A stretch of DNA of 64,000 bases from Leptogorgia sarmentosa (GCA_964658305.1 OZ210885.1:24862001-24926000); one strand, 5' to 3'. Shown: positions 12,524-26,435, counted from the stretch's first letter. Made by a program: numbers and translations. The notes: a model not told the origin generated them from the letters alone.

Positions 12524-12718
12524 TTAATTTATCATCGCACAAATATTTATATGTCTTGTATATTTAAGATACTCTGGGGTGGTCGTTGGCAGAAAGACGC
12601 TGGTGCGACAACCGGCGAGGAAGTTGAGCAAATTAATAGTCATTTCTCTCGACTAGGAAATAGCACTAAACATATGTTACCAGAAGGTGTGTCATTACTC
12701 ATAGATGACTTTATATAC

Positions 12719-13151
12719 CTTATTCGTACTTAATTTCGCGTGACTTTAATTTCGCGATTTTCGCGATTGAAAAAAAATCGCGAAATTAAAGTCGCGCGAA
12801 TAAAAATCCTCGCGAAATTTAACCACGCGAAATTAAATACATTAGTTAAACAATTGGAATTGTTAAATCGTTAATAATTTCTCGATATATATGATCAACA
12901 ACAACATGTACAGCTCGCATATCGTTTTACCGACATCGACATATATAAATTTCAATAAAAGTTAAAATTCAATAAAATTCAATTGTTAAAAGTTAAAATT
13001 CAATAAATGATGGTTTTGCAAATCTGTATTTCGCGAAAATTAATGCCCTATTTCTATTTTCGGTCATCAAAATCGCGAAAATAAAGTCTCGCTAAATATG
13101 GCTTCGACAAAATCGCGAAATTAAGTACGCGCGAAATTAAGTACGAATAAG
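12719..13151. mobile_element. MITE, probably Tc1/mariner group
   Basis: Inverted ends CTTATTCGTACTTAATTTCGCG and CGCGAAATTAAGTACGAATAAG; many subterminal CGCGAAA/TTTCGCG repeats. Confidence 0.65.
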
Positions 13152-13425
13152 AATAAAATTAAAATAATATAATTTTTATTACTAAAAAGATCACATCTGT
13201 AGCAGAACAATGTTGCTGTGAATTATGAGATATTATACTGTTTGGATAATAAATCAGTTCATTCTTCCCACAGGAAGAGAGGAATTACTAACGGAACATG
13301 CTTTGGTGTGGAACAAGAGAAAAATCACACAGATGCCTGCAGTGTTGGCAAAAAGGTATATCCAGGTAAGTGTAGTTATTCTGTTGTTTGTAATACATTG
13401 TCATGTTATTTGAGTAACATGGGAC

Positions 13426-14283
13426 CAGTGAACTCAAAATAAAACTGGAACGCTAGCTGGGCGGGAAATTTTGAAGCCAATATGGCGGAAATTGAAGCTC
13501 GTCTTGTGGGTATGATCCAGGCCCCTGCGCGGATTATCCGTAGGCAATATGGCGGCAATCATGAATATGTAAAAAAAGTCTCGTCTTAACACTCAATTTA
13601 CAGACCTTTTTAGATAATAATAACACAGAATAGAGCAGGTATTCTGCATGAACAACTTTTAGAAACACTTAACGGAGCAGCAAAATTATTTTTGTATGAC
13701 ATTGTTCGAGAAAACTTTGTAAACAGACGTTTATATGCCGTATAAAAAACAAAAACAAATATTTTGTCATTGTCTGAGGTAATTAAGTCATCACTCACAA
13801 GTCACAACACGAACAACAAGAGCTCTACTTGCACAAGCCTTCCATTTACTGTTTTTAAGTTAATTACGTTTTAAGTAGCTTATATATTTCATAAAATAAT
13901 ACAAATTTGTTGAAGTTCACTCTGAACGTTCGAATTTTGTCCAAATACATTGAAGACATTGTATCCTCACAAAATAAGATAAATATTCGATCGATTGTAA
14001 ATTATTATTTAGAAATAAACTGTCCTTTGAAAATTATTTAGAAATAGCGTAAAAATCCTGCATAATTCAAACAAAAACTACAAAATTTCCGCATTTGAAC
14101 AACGAGTTTCCACAACATTGTCGGCGTTTCGTCGCCATGCTTTCACCCTTCGTGACTACCCCACGCAAAAAACACGCGTGTTTTATACCTACAAGAGAGG
14201 CTTCAATTTCCGCCATCTTGGCTTCAGGCATGTATGGGCATGTTTACCTGAAGCTAGCGTTCCAGTTTTATTTGAGTTCACTG
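13426..14283. mobile_element. Non-autonomous hAT-like element
   Basis: TIR CAGTGAACTCAAA(A)TAAAACTGGAACGCTAGCT; 8-bp TSD CATGGGAC at 13418-13425 and 14284-14291; second copy inverted at 49104-49857. Confidence 0.85.
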
Positions 14284-15824
14284 CATGGGACACACATTAT
14301 TTATATTTATTTTTGTGTTTTTAATTAATTTAATATGAAAAATAGGCAAAAAGAAATTTACAAGATCTGAAGAAAGAACTCGCTGAATCGAAGAATGACA
14401 TAGGCGCTGAAAACACAGACACCTGGATTACAGATGTGATTCAATCTGCAAAAGGTATTTTACACCGCACGAAATATTAACTAATTCCTACACATTACGG
14501 TGTCACACAGTACCAACATTAGTGATAATAAATTAACACATTACATATACTGTACGTTGAAAATAGCAATTTTGTGATACTTTACATAATTTAATCAGAT
14601 TTCTTGGTTCGTATTTTGTTTTTATGTAATAGAAGAAGAAGTGAGAAGAAAAGCTGGACCAGCTTTGTCCGAAGACGAAGAGGCTTTCTGGGCAAACGCC
14701 ATCTGTGTCGAGCCAGAATGTCAAAATGCTCCCTTGCTGGTCAATGCTGTAAAATTTTTCCAGCATACCATAGGAAAATTACGTCTTCCGACCTGTCCGT
14801 CTTGGTAGGAAAATTAAAAGAAAAGTTTGGTCAAACCTGGATGAATGTGTTGGATAACGGCGAAGAGTCTTTAAAGAAGAATGTGTCGTCAATCTTGGAG
14901 CGCAGTATGCAAACTGCACACTTTGAGATAGTTCAGCTGGCAGCTAACATGAACAAACTTGCAGGCATGTTTATACCCTATACATCCATAGCGTTGATTT
15001 ATACGCAACAATCAAACTTCTCTTTTCTCTTGACTGTTCGCGTAAAGTTTCGGTAATTAATTAACTTGACACCATAACATAAATTTCAGACTCTTCAAAA
15101 CAAAAACGCCCATTACGAACCAAAATTTCGTCCGCCAAGAACAAGTTAAAAGCCTTGGTAGATAGTTACAACAAGATCAATACTAGTAGCGTGATCAATG
15201 TCGACGACGTTCAATCTGGCGTTTTCTCTTGGATTAAAGAAAATGAATCCCAACAAGGTCAGAATAAAGTTCTTTAATAAAACTTAAGAACTAAAGTGAT
15301 AAATGTGTTACCCGCATGACATAGATAGAGCTTGCCAGAAATACACCAGTACATCAGGATAATTTTTCAAAAGCATTCAAAAAACGCGTTTGACGTACGT
15401 TAAGGTGTATACAGTATATGTACGATATTTACCTTAATAATCTCTGTACACTTGTTTAGAATTCGTTTTTCCGCTGCAGGTTATCCGATTCGTGTTAAAA
15501 AGAAAATAGCCGAATTGGAGAATGAGTGCACTCGGTATGAAGAGGAGATTAGTATTTTAGAGACAGAAATGAAAAACTTCATTAAATACTACAGGAACAA
15601 TGTTATTCGGCGTATCAAGGCAGAAGAAGCCAAGTTGTTACCTCACCTAAATAATGGTGAGTAATATCCATCAATGACATATGGGTTTCTTTGAAGTATC
15701 ATCCAACTTCGTGTCGTAATTGTTTATTTATCAACTACATATTAACGATTGTAGACACATTAAATTTAAAAATCCTTTTGTTTAGATTACCCAGAATTCA
15801 TTGACCCGAATCTAGAAGACATAT

Positions 15825-16550
15825 ATGTTATTTACCGGCTGGGAGATTATTTTACGGCCCGAGGCCGAAGGCCGAGGGACGTTTTTGAGACCGAGACAAA
15901 ATATTTTTCTACCCGGACCGACCTAAACGGTAAATAACGGATTTATTTTTTTGCTGCGCAATGCTATGATCAAACTCATAAGAAATTCCAGTGTAGCGAA
16001 CTAGATTTGAGATCAGTTGTGTTTGTTTACTTTGTTACTCTATCGCAAGTATTGCTGCTAAACAGCCAAGACGAAGTGAAAAAAAACCTTCAGTTTTAGT
16101 ACAATTGCTGCCTTTTCACTCAACATGACAATCAAAAAGGTGAATTTATTGAAATTATTTATCTTCTTTTACATTTCATGATAAAAACACGGTTAAATAT
16201 GCTTTAATACGACACCGAAATATTTCGCCGAAAATGTTTCTTCGTACTAAAAATTATTTATAAAAATATAGAAGTGAAATTAACTTTAAACTTATGTAAA
16301 TCAACTGGTCATAGTATTTTATTAAAAAGGATGAATTTAAGTCAGGATAAACTGCAGATTTTCGATATATATTGCATTTTTTTGCCATTAAAACAAACAT
16401 GCAAAGGATTTTTTATTTGCTTCGGCCATTACGGATTTAGGATTCCGGACCGTGGTCAAGATATCGTAAAATTCCGCCCGCTGCTGCAGCCAATCAGATT
16501 GCAGGAAACGCTAGGATTCCGCCCGCTGCTTATTTACAAAAAAATAAAAC
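15825..16550. repeat. Non-autonomous repeat with CCGAGGCCGAAGGCCGAGG hairpin core
   Basis: Hairpin core at ~15858-15878 and CAGCCAATCAGA motif near the other end; no TIR or TSD; resembles the other CGAG-hairpin repeats in the window. Confidence 0.45.
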
Positions 16551-18126
16551 GAGGTATTAAATAATTGTCCATTAATAATCTAATACCTTGCCAGAAAACC
16601 CCCCAGTTTTTCAGGTAGTATAAGAATTACAATATTTATTTCTTATAACTTCTTAATAGCTTAGACTTTCTTTTGTTTTGAAGGGCAGATACATGACAAA
16701 TTCAAGAGAAAGCAACGTGTTGAAAGGGAAGTTAGCCCTTTTTAGAATAGGTATAGACTTCGCAATGCGTCAATTAGAGTGTGGTGTGGAAGTGTTTTCG
16801 AATGTTCTTGGTAGTACGCCTGATATTTCTGCTGAAATAATTGATTACGTGGAAGCCGCTGAAGACGAATCGCCGTATTCTAGTGATGAAGAATTAAGTA
16901 ACAGTGAAGAGGAAGCTTGATGCGTTATGTTCAGCTAAACTATGTTGCGATGAACATTTTTACTAAATAAATTAATATATTATTGTAGTCAACTTCCATG
17001 GCATTCATAAAAACGTTCAAGGGCTGCGTGCAAATTAACACTGACTATAATTACACTGATCACTACTGGGGCCGGTTGTACGACTATGAAAACATAACTA
17101 TGTTCTATAACTACCCGTTTCGTAATTAAATGGTAGTTGACCCAAAATACGCGTTTCTGGTTGGCTAACATTCGCACCAACCATAGTTATCTTGAATATC
17201 TTCAACTATACATTTTTAATATACAACCGGCCTCTAATATATATATAATTATTTTTGATCACATGGTTTCTGTTATTGATGCGTGAATGTGTACCACAAT
17301 GATATTAATAGTAAATTATACGATTTGAGAAGCAGAAATGAATGAAAACTTTTACTTCTCAAACTGTGTAATTTCCCATGCAACTATAAATTTTTAAACA
17401 TATATAGTTATATCATAGTAAATGGGCAACTATAAATAATTAAACATATAGTTATATAGTAAAGGGAGAGTTTTGTTGTTGTTATATTAATGCAAACAGC
17501 ACCCCACAACCGCTTCCAGTTAGTCTTCTTATACGTAGTCTTAATCAGACCTAAATTAAAAAAGCTGTACTACTTTCGGTAATTAGTTTGGTATGACTTT
17601 CCAAACGCAAGGTTTTTTTCTCGGCAACCAGTTGTTTCAACGAGGTTGAATCAAGTTTTATATTTATTTATTATCAAAGAAGTGAAAGAACGTCACTTAA
17701 AACGTGAGTTTTGTCGGTGCAATCGAAGCGGCAAGAGTCGTTAATAGATCACCATGCAGAACGACATAACGTGACTCAAGCTCACAACAAGGGTCAGCGT
17801 ACGAAAGGGATTGGGCTTGAACCTACGTACAAAACAAGGTAAATTTCAAACTAAATCATTTTGTGGCGTATGTAGAGTGAAGATTATATAGCGCATTGAT
17901 TTTCGAATTCTGGCCAGTTGTTTAAAAGGTGGACAGCATTCAGGCTCAAAAATTTATAAGGGGGCGGTGCAATACCTTTCAACCCCCATTAATTATTTGA
18001 TTTATCGTTATTGCAGCAAAATGTTCCAGTTCGATAGCACAAATATCTCAGATTGAACATGGATAATGACGGTTGACATCAAACACGAACCACCTTAATA
18101 TTTTGTCCAATCATAATGAAATTTAT

Positions 18127-18780
18127 ACTATATACTATATAGTTCTATTATGAAGGTTCACATCAAACACGAGCCATGGTGAGCCACGTTAAGTTTTTAT
18201 CCAATCAAAATGAAACTTATATATTTTGTTAGTCTCACTAAATTAGTCATACCCAGAAAGTTTCAAAGAAATTGTTCAAATGCAACCGAGTTTGTTAAGA
18301 TGACCACAATATCGGCTTGTTACTATATATAGTTCTATTATGAAGGTTCACATCAAACACGAGCCAAGGTGAGCCACGTTAAGTTTTCATCCAATCAAAA
18401 TGAAACTTACATATTTTGTTAGTCTCACTAAATTAGTCATACCCAGAAAGTTTCAAAGAAATTGTTGAAATGCAACCGAGTTTGTTAAGATGACCACAAT
18501 ATCGGCTTGTTACTATATATAGTTCTATTATGAAGGTTCACATCAAACACGAGCCATGGTGAGCCACGTTAAGTTTTTATCCAATCAAAATGAAACTTAT
18601 ATATTTTGTTAGTATCACTAAATTAGTCATACCCAGAAAGTTTCAAAGAAATTGTTGAAATGCAACCGAGTTTGTTATGATGACCACAATATCGGCTTGT
18701 TACTATATATAGTTCTATTATGAAGGTTCACATCAAACACGAGCCATGGTGAGTCACCTTAAGATTTTGGCCAATCAGGA
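18127..18780. repeat. Tandem repeat, 190-bp unit, ~3.4 copies
   Basis: TACTATATATAGTTCTATTATGAAGGTTCACATCAAACACGAGCC recurs at ~18134, 18321, 18511 and 18701. Confidence 0.92.
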
Positions 18781-20184
18781 GAAAATTCCAAATTAGGAGG
18801 ATTAGACATAATACAGAATAATTTCATTTGGTTCGTGTTAGCCGGTAGGAACCATGTTGCAATGATTACATTTCATATTTGTCACGTGACTGTAAAGTCC
18901 AGAACTGTTCCTCCATAAAAGAGGTGGTCCACGCCAAAAAGCCATTAATAAAAAAAAGAATAGCAGTGGGCAAGACAACAAAACCAATTTTAGAATTTTG
19001 ATATAATAGTTATGTTTGTGACAGTAACAAGATTTGGGCAAAATCCTTGTTTCAAGAGGAACTTCATGCTGATTGTGGCTTTTTAAAGTCAGTGACAAAG
19101 CGGGATATAAGTTGAATAACGAAGACGTTGCGTAAAATGGCTCCAGCGACAAGTGGCCAAATAATAACTACCCGATGCTGCGAAAACCACTCGCAATCGT
19201 GTTCCTGTCAACATAGCCTAGCGCTGCATCCAGAATATGAAGAAATGTCGACATTTGACTACTAGACACTGACATTTGGGGATGGAAATATATGAGGACG
19301 GGAACAAAGCTGACGAATTTGGAGTCACGTCACTATATATTTTCAACGATAAGGACGGGTTTTCAACGACAAGGAATGCCACTTGTGTGTCGTGGTTGGA
19401 TAAACCTCCTTTAGCAACATTGAAGAAGATTACCTTAGCGCATGGCAATGCTGCTGTCGCATGCAGCAAAGGCAAAAATATAGACAAAGTATGGTAGTAG
19501 TTGAACACAAGTATCATATGTTTAAAAAGTGTTTGACGACAGAAGAAATGTAACCACTTGTTTCTAATTATGAAACATTTTATTATTTATACACACAAAT
19601 GTATATACATACTGTATATATAATTTCAGACCGAAAATTGTTGCCTGTTTGATATGACGCTTAAACGTCGAAAAAAGCAGATCAGATTTAATGTATTCGT
19701 CAACCAACTTTATTTTGTATTTATTAATAAACTATTATCGTGGTTTGTAGGGTATATACCAAACGAGATTCTAGTCCAATTTTCTCTATGTACAAGATAT
19801 TGGCGTGAATACATGACACTGTTTCCAGTTTTATTCTATAATTTTGCAGGTTCATGAAGACAAGTATAGTATACATTGAAAGGGAATTGAACCCTTAACA
19901 GGAGAATCTCATGAGATGTTCCTGCTCTGCCACGACAATGTGTTTAAACAAGTCTACAAATATATTATACAAATTAATTAGTAAGATGCACAGTGATTCG
20001 AATTCGAAACTGCACATGTTGGGCATATTATGCATACACAAGGCCACATGTTAACTGACCAGCTTTCTATATTAAGTTTACCCCTTACAAAACATGTTGT
20101 CATTTAAGGCTAATTTCAATGCAAAGGCATAAAATTTAATGTAAAACTGAACGTTAAACAAACTAATTAACCAAAATTATTTAT

Positions 20185-21881
20185 TTAATAAAATTTAACC
20201 AGGTTTCCAAAGGAATCCTCCTCCAACGAAAATACTGCCTCTATGGCATGAATAAAGCTGGCCATATCTGTTAATGTATTCGATGAAACAATCACTGCTC
20301 CTCGAGTACCATCCATGTGAGTGTGAGTGTCAACGGCCAAAACATATCCATTTTCTTCCGTCATTATAAGAAATGATCTATCGCCTTGAACAAATGCTGC
20401 CGCTGACTTTTTCTTCACAAACATACGTTGAATTTGAAAAGCCAGTTGAGTGGGTTTATGTGGATCACGTATGCGGACGGCCAACGGTTCGTCAACATGG
20501 ATATTCCTAATGGAACGCAGAGCAAAGGAAGCTTCGCGTGGGGTCAAATTACGTTGTCCTTGATTGGTGTCGTCGTAAATTTTGTTCCCCAAACGAATAC
20601 TTTTCTCTATCACAGAACACCACAATGGACTCAATGAACCAACACGAGGAAATAGAAGATCTAAATTCAGTATAACACTGCCCAAGATCATCGTAATGAC
20701 AGTGCAAGCGCTACTACCATTTCGACCATCAATAGTGCTTTGGCTCATGTTGACTGGAAAGACCCAACAATTTGTGCTGTTACCACCTACGTTGTAACAC
20801 TGTACATTTGAAGGCGTGGCTATTACAGACGTCATTGGATGCGGTGCAGACGAATTCACGAGCGCGATGAATGACTTGTCTGATTCGGATTGTGTATCTG
20901 CAACTGAAGTCAAAGATGGTGGTGGGCTGTCCTCCGTAATACCGCCAGGTGTTTCAGTGAAGATAACAGTACCGCGGCCAGGTACACGTCTCTGTTGTGG
21001 TCGTCGGGGCACAGCATCTTCATGATGGCTAGGTGTTGTGGACACGGAATTTCCTCGTTGTTGTGCAGAGATCAGCACATCCTGCTCTGGATGTTGCGGT
21101 GTAGGCATGGTGATGTCTCGTTGCTGGGCAGAGGCAGGTGCAGGAGCATTTCCTTCTGGTCGGCTAGGTGGTGGTAGCATGGAACTTACTTGCCGCTGGA
21201 GCTGGGTGGTGACATTTGGTTGTTGCAGCGTATGCGTGGGTGTATTCTCTTGGGGACGGTCCGGTATATCAGAGACAATAGCCTGGAGAAAGAAAGAAGA
21301 CAAGTTACAGCAATGTTGAATCATCTTTACTATAAAGCCGTATCACTGCATACAACCAACATATAATTCAAATTGTCCAATGAAACTCTCAGTGAACCTT
21401 GAACTTTAAACTCTAAGTGTGGAAAGCGTAATGAGAGCAACTTTCCAACTTTGTCGTTAAATATTTCGACTATTACTTAATGTATTATGCTCGCAGGGAG
21501 GTATTCCATGTCTCTAAAAATGTGCTGTGTGTATGGCCTCTGAACGTTTAGAGTTGAAGGTTTCAAGTTTAATGTTTATAGTTCGCAATTTATAGTTAGT
21601 TAGACTTTATTGAATTGGCTCTGTACTACATACAGTACCGTACATAATGGTGGATATTCCCCCAACATATAGGGTATATATAGAAAACTATACTATGTTT
21701 TGAACAATTCGAATCCAAGCGAAGTTGAAACATCAACTTACCGAAGCTACAGATGAAGAATGCGCAGACAGATCTTCAAACAACAATTCACCATCGTTCA
21801 CTTCAATTGTACTACTCGAGGTAACTGGCGTTTCCGCTTGGTTAGCATCACTCATATCTTCCCTGAACTTCAATGAATTTT
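20185..21881 (-). CDS. Protein with a Pro/Gln/Ser/Thr-rich linker and a C-terminal papain-like domain resembling herpesvirus tegument deubiquitinase (peptidase C76); 5' exons unresolved
   Basis: Large terminal exon 21282-20185 and upstream exon 21881-21742. Motif order SQSTIDGRNGSSAC...IRLGNKIYD...VLAVDTHTH...GAVIV matches the Q..C / G..Y / D-x-H pattern. Confidence 0.6.
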
Positions 21882-22896
21882 CTTGAGAGAAAAAAAAATC
21901 ATGAGTGATGTGATGATCCACCACTGCTAATCTGCTCATACAATTATACTGCAATCAAATGGAACTTGCTTAATTTTTCCTTATGGCGGTCAATAAAAAC
22001 GAAAACATACTTCAAAAATAAATCTTATGGCATTAATAATAGTAACACACAAACAGTACCACGACAAAACTTCTCAAAGGCCTTCATTACAATACCACCA
22101 TAAGACGACGTGCTCCTTTCTCTGATCCCCTCGCCCATAAACGCTCTAGCACAACCGGCAGTTGCGTAGAAATCGAAGATGTGACGCTGCTTTGTCCCTG
22201 GCTTGCATGAATGAAATAGAACGACCACATCATAGCTATGTTGGTGCCACAAAACATCAGCCTAAAACGGTACACTGCATGTAATATTTTATTGAGTAGC
22301 AAATAACCACGTAAACGGACAATCACCGACGATGCCTGGCCAAATGCAATCAGGAGAAAAAACTACATGGTACGTATATTTGTAAAACTTAATCGTACAA
22401 ATAAACCTTCAGTTACTAACAGTTGAGATATCCAGGAAATAGAAACGAAGGTCATTCTTTGGTTTAATGGAAAAATAGATCATCGGCATCATTAAATCAC
22501 CAATATTTTAGCTGCTTCTATGAAAAGGGCTAGCATTCATTTGTAGGCACAGAAATAATCTTACACGTGTTCTGATTTTGTCTTTCTGCACGGATACATT
22601 TGTTAATCCTTTTTTTTTAACTTTTCCTTTTTCACATTACTGATTTTCCGCTATATTAAGAAACAAGTGTAATTAATTTGGCTCACTGAGACAAATTTAA
22701 CTCTCAGCTAGCTTATGCGATTTAAACCTTTGATCTTCTCCCCTTTGTACTGACTTCACTGGTTGCCGTATCTAAGGTTAGACAAAGAAAATTATATCTT
22801 CGCAGAACTGAGTGAAATGTCGAAAATAAGTCACATTTGTTATGAAAAAATATGAGTATGAGGGGGATTGGTAAATTTACAAGTGAAACGCATTAT

Positions 22897-23460
22897 CTAT
22901 ATTTATCATTTATAGACCCTCCGCTTGGGGTATTCGGCGAAATATTTCCTGAAGTGAAGATATCATCACTAGTACTGAAGGAAATATTTCGCCGAATACC
23001 CCGAGCAGAGGGTCTATAAATGCTTTATTATACCGAAAAAAAGGTGTAAAACTTTATATATTTGAGCTTGGTAACAGTTTAGCTTTTTATTTGTGTAACC
23101 AGTATAAGCGACATCCAACAAATACACTTCGGTAATTTATAGGTATGCGTAAAATATTTTTAACGCAGTTTTTATCACCCTCATGGTGTTTGTTCGTCCT
23201 GGCATCCTCGCTCTGCCATTTTTAATTTTTAAAACAAACACAAACCGTGCAATTTCCCGCCAATTTGGAGACCTACTGTAGATGGTGGTTGTCTCGCGTG
23301 GCTACCACGAATGATATACCATGGCAAAACCATATCTCATGGTCATATCCACCGCTGCGTTCACATCCCACCCCCAAGAGGAAGATTCGGCTTTAAATCA
23401 CATGCTCACGAGCTATAAACTAATCGCTTTGATTGGACAATTCAAATTTGAGGTATAATA
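22897..23460. repeat. Non-autonomous repeat with a ~115-nt terminal hairpin
   Basis: CATTTATAGACCCTC...GGGGTATTCGGCGAAATATTTCCT and AGGAAATATTTCGCCGAATACCCC...GAGGGTCTATAAATG (~22907-23022); TGATTGGAC motif near the other end. Confidence 0.55.
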
Positions 23461-25114
23461 ATTATAGATATGCATTGAATTATGCCCATAAATTATTGAA
23501 TTGCATATATATTTGATGTTAAAAGTATCATCTAATTGATATACGCACTATGGTAAAAGAGCAAATATGTTTCCAATAGAGAAGTGAATTTAATGTTGAC
23601 TTTGCTTTTAACGTTGGTCATAACATACTCTAAAGTATTAATAGAAATTTCTGTTTGTTTGAAGTTTCAACTAACACATTGATCTGAGCATATTTGGTTA
23701 CTTGTACCATCAATGAAAGTGCTTAAACGGTATTTAAATGGTATGTTTTTTCATACAGATGATTATACTTCATCATCATGATTATACTTCATCAATTCAT
23801 ATAACAGAATTTAAATACATTTCAAAAAAATTATCCAGTATCCAGTCAGATAGACAATAGCAAAAATCCGGCCGAATAATGTTACTACTGTATAGTCTTT
23901 AGGGATCCATCCAAAGGTACACATTTAACAAAATTAACAGTTATGGTAATTACCCAATCTATTAATATATTACTGCTGAATTAGTCATGTATTCTTTGCA
24001 TGTGTTATTTATTGCATTTCATCATACTTTAATTAAAGACCACTTTTTTTGCATGAGGACTAGGTTTACATCACTTTACGAAAGTCTTCAATGACAATAG
24101 AACCTGCAAACTTAGGTTAAGGCAACAGCACACCTCACCATGTATGCACACATGTACAGACCCATACCCTCTACCTTTATTGTAAAAATTAAAATTAGGC
24201 CTCTCTTCTTTTGGGAAATCTTTGCAATGTTTGACCTTATCACTTTCCTAGACATCTGGACCAATAACTGCCAGCCCCATCCCATTCGACCCATCATTAA
24301 ATCTTGTTAACATTAAACAATGATTGGATGAGGTTTTTGTGTATATATCTATGCAGAATTATCAAGGCAATGGTGAGTGTTACTATCTGAGCTAAAGGCA
24401 AGGCTGACAACACTTACTGAGACCTTGATAATTCAACACATCACAAAAACTGCAATCAATAATTGTGTCAGTACTACGAATTTCAAAAACAAATAAACAT
24501 GACCCTTCAAACTATTTAATACAAGATCCTACAATTGTTTTCTTTTTCAATGCAGTTGTCTGCAGGTTGTGTGATTGCTTAATTTGTTAGCACACAATGT
24601 CTGACCAACCACAATGTATAATTTTAATTTATATGAGTGTAGTCAAACTATCTAAGTAGATATGTACCAAATATATATTTGTTTTATAAATATTATTCAT
24701 TTCATTCAGGTTTATTCATTTCTGCTATGAATACAGTGGGTGATATACAGGGTGTACACTGTAAAAACAGATTGGTTGAAATGACCAAAAAAAATTGGTC
24801 ACCTGGATGCATCTGAGAGAACCAATAAAAATTGGTCATTTTTACCAATAAAATTAACCAATAACTAATTGGTCATTTTAACCAGTAATAATTGGTTAAT
24901 ATAACCAAATATTTTGGTTGTTTTAACCAATTGATTAATGGTTAATTTAATTGGTAAAAACGACCAATTTTAATTGGTTCAAAGAACCAATTAAATTTTA
25001 ATTGATTCCTCAGATGAATCTGCAGATGACCAGTATTACACCTGCGCTATAAAACAATACACATCAGTGAGCATATGTATACATATGGTATTATTTATTA
25101 AAAACTATACAATA

Positions 25115-25885
25115 CAGGGTGTATCAAAAAAAAGTTTACTCGCGAAAAATGTCTTTTAGGCCGAAGCGCACGCACCCCATTGCAAACCATTGGTATATCT
25201 AAGTAGTTTGAGCCCTTCGGATACATCCTACACTAAAAGTTTGCAGAAAACGACCATTTTACGACTACGAAAAGTGTTATAAAAAGCCGTAGTAAAAATG
25301 GCTTGCGCGAAAAAATGTGAGGCGAAAAATGCAATTTGATTTGACAGCCTAAATCTATCGAACAAGTTTCATAAGTTATTCAAGTTTTGAGAAATTTGGT
25401 GCACGCTGAGACGAACGTGCGATGTCCGAAAACTGGATTTTCCGCAATTTCTTCGCGTAATTACGTACCTTTGGGAATTAGCTTCCAATTTGCATTGGTA
25501 ATTAATGCAAATATCCAATTATGCATAAATTAATCGGTAATCACGCAGGAAAGAACGCAAAATCCAGTTTTCGGACATCGCACGTTCGTCTCAGCGTGCA
25601 CCAAATTTCTCAAAACTTGAATAACTTATGAAACATGTTCGATAGATTTAGGCTGTCAAATCAAATTGCATTTTTCGCCTCACATTTTTTCGCGCAAGCC
25701 ATTTTTACTACGGCTTTTTATAACACTTTTCGTAGTCGTAAAATGGTCGTTTTCTGCAAACTTTTAGTGTAGGATGTATCCGAAGGGCTCAAACTACTTA
25801 GATATACCAATGGTTTGCAATGGGGTGCGTGCGCTTCGGCCTAAAAGACATTTTTCGCGAGTAAACTTTTTTTTGATACACCCTG
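25115..25885. mobile_element. Tc1/mariner-type foldback MITE
   Basis: TA-CAGGGTGTATC...GATACACCCTG-TA; near-perfect ~327-bp inverted arms around a ~115-bp spacer. Confidence 0.9.
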
Positions 25886-25919
25886 TATTATTTAAATAGT
25901 ACACACTTAATTATATATA

Positions 25920-26435
25920 TTTATTATATGGCAAGTGTTCTGAGCGGTCCGTCTGCTAAAATACAGCATCCTGATTGGTTCCTGAGCGGTCGGTAACCTG
26001 CAGTACGGACCGCTCACGTTTAGCGACGTCGGTTGTTTATTGAATCAAGCGACAACGAAGACGAAATAAGTTAAAACATGTCCGAACATTCTGTTCTTTT
26101 TTTGTTTCAACATTTTGTTCTTTTTTTGGTAGCCAATAACATTTTAGAGAACAATTTTTAGCGAACTTCTTCAGCTGTTCTTATATTAATTAGCCGTTTA
26201 CCGGCTTTGTTCATAGTGTTGAATTGTTGTAAACGAGTTTTGTTTATCTTTTGCCATATAATAAATAGCTTATTGACTGGGTTTGTTCGATCCGTACTGG
26301 AGGATACTGCACGGTCTCGTTCTTTTCTCGCTTGTTTATGGACCTCGCCTTCGGCTCGGTCCATAAACAGGCGAGAAAAGAACTCGACCGTGCAGTATCC
26401 TCCAGTACGGACCTCACACTCAGTCAATAACATAT
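25920..26435. repeat. Non-autonomous repeat with CTCGCCTTCGGCTCG hairpin core
   Basis: Imperfect hairpin ~26270-26430 (TTATTGACTG...CAGTCAATAA); CTGATTGG motif; flanked by a ~24-bp direct duplication ATAGTACACACTTAATTATATATA. Confidence 0.55.

Larger units (their letters stand above)
117..16920 (+). pseudogene. KDZ (Kyakuja-Dileera-Zisupton) transposase gene A; multi-exon, disrupted, 5' part outside the window
   Basis: Hand-spliced exons: 117-295 (NWMECPPC...HVDGNMKLYRF), 4070-4081 + 11290-~11376 (split by AcademH), 11634-11968 (LDETGLEILGCRH...MFQGE...WYDVVCQYWP...HAKAHSWTCQ), 12569-12686 (TTGEEVEQINS), 13274-13365, ~14346-14453, ~14632-14964, ~15089-15256, ~15480-15656, ~16682-16920 (acidic tail). 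Motifs match KDZ transposases. Lesions: TA|G stop across the first splice, frameshift in the A-run near 11700, and the AcademH insertion. Confidence 0.85.

Noticed and set aside
18127..18780. Possible CRISPR array
   Set aside because: Whole 190-bp units repeat with no unique spacers; eukaryotic context; no cas genes.
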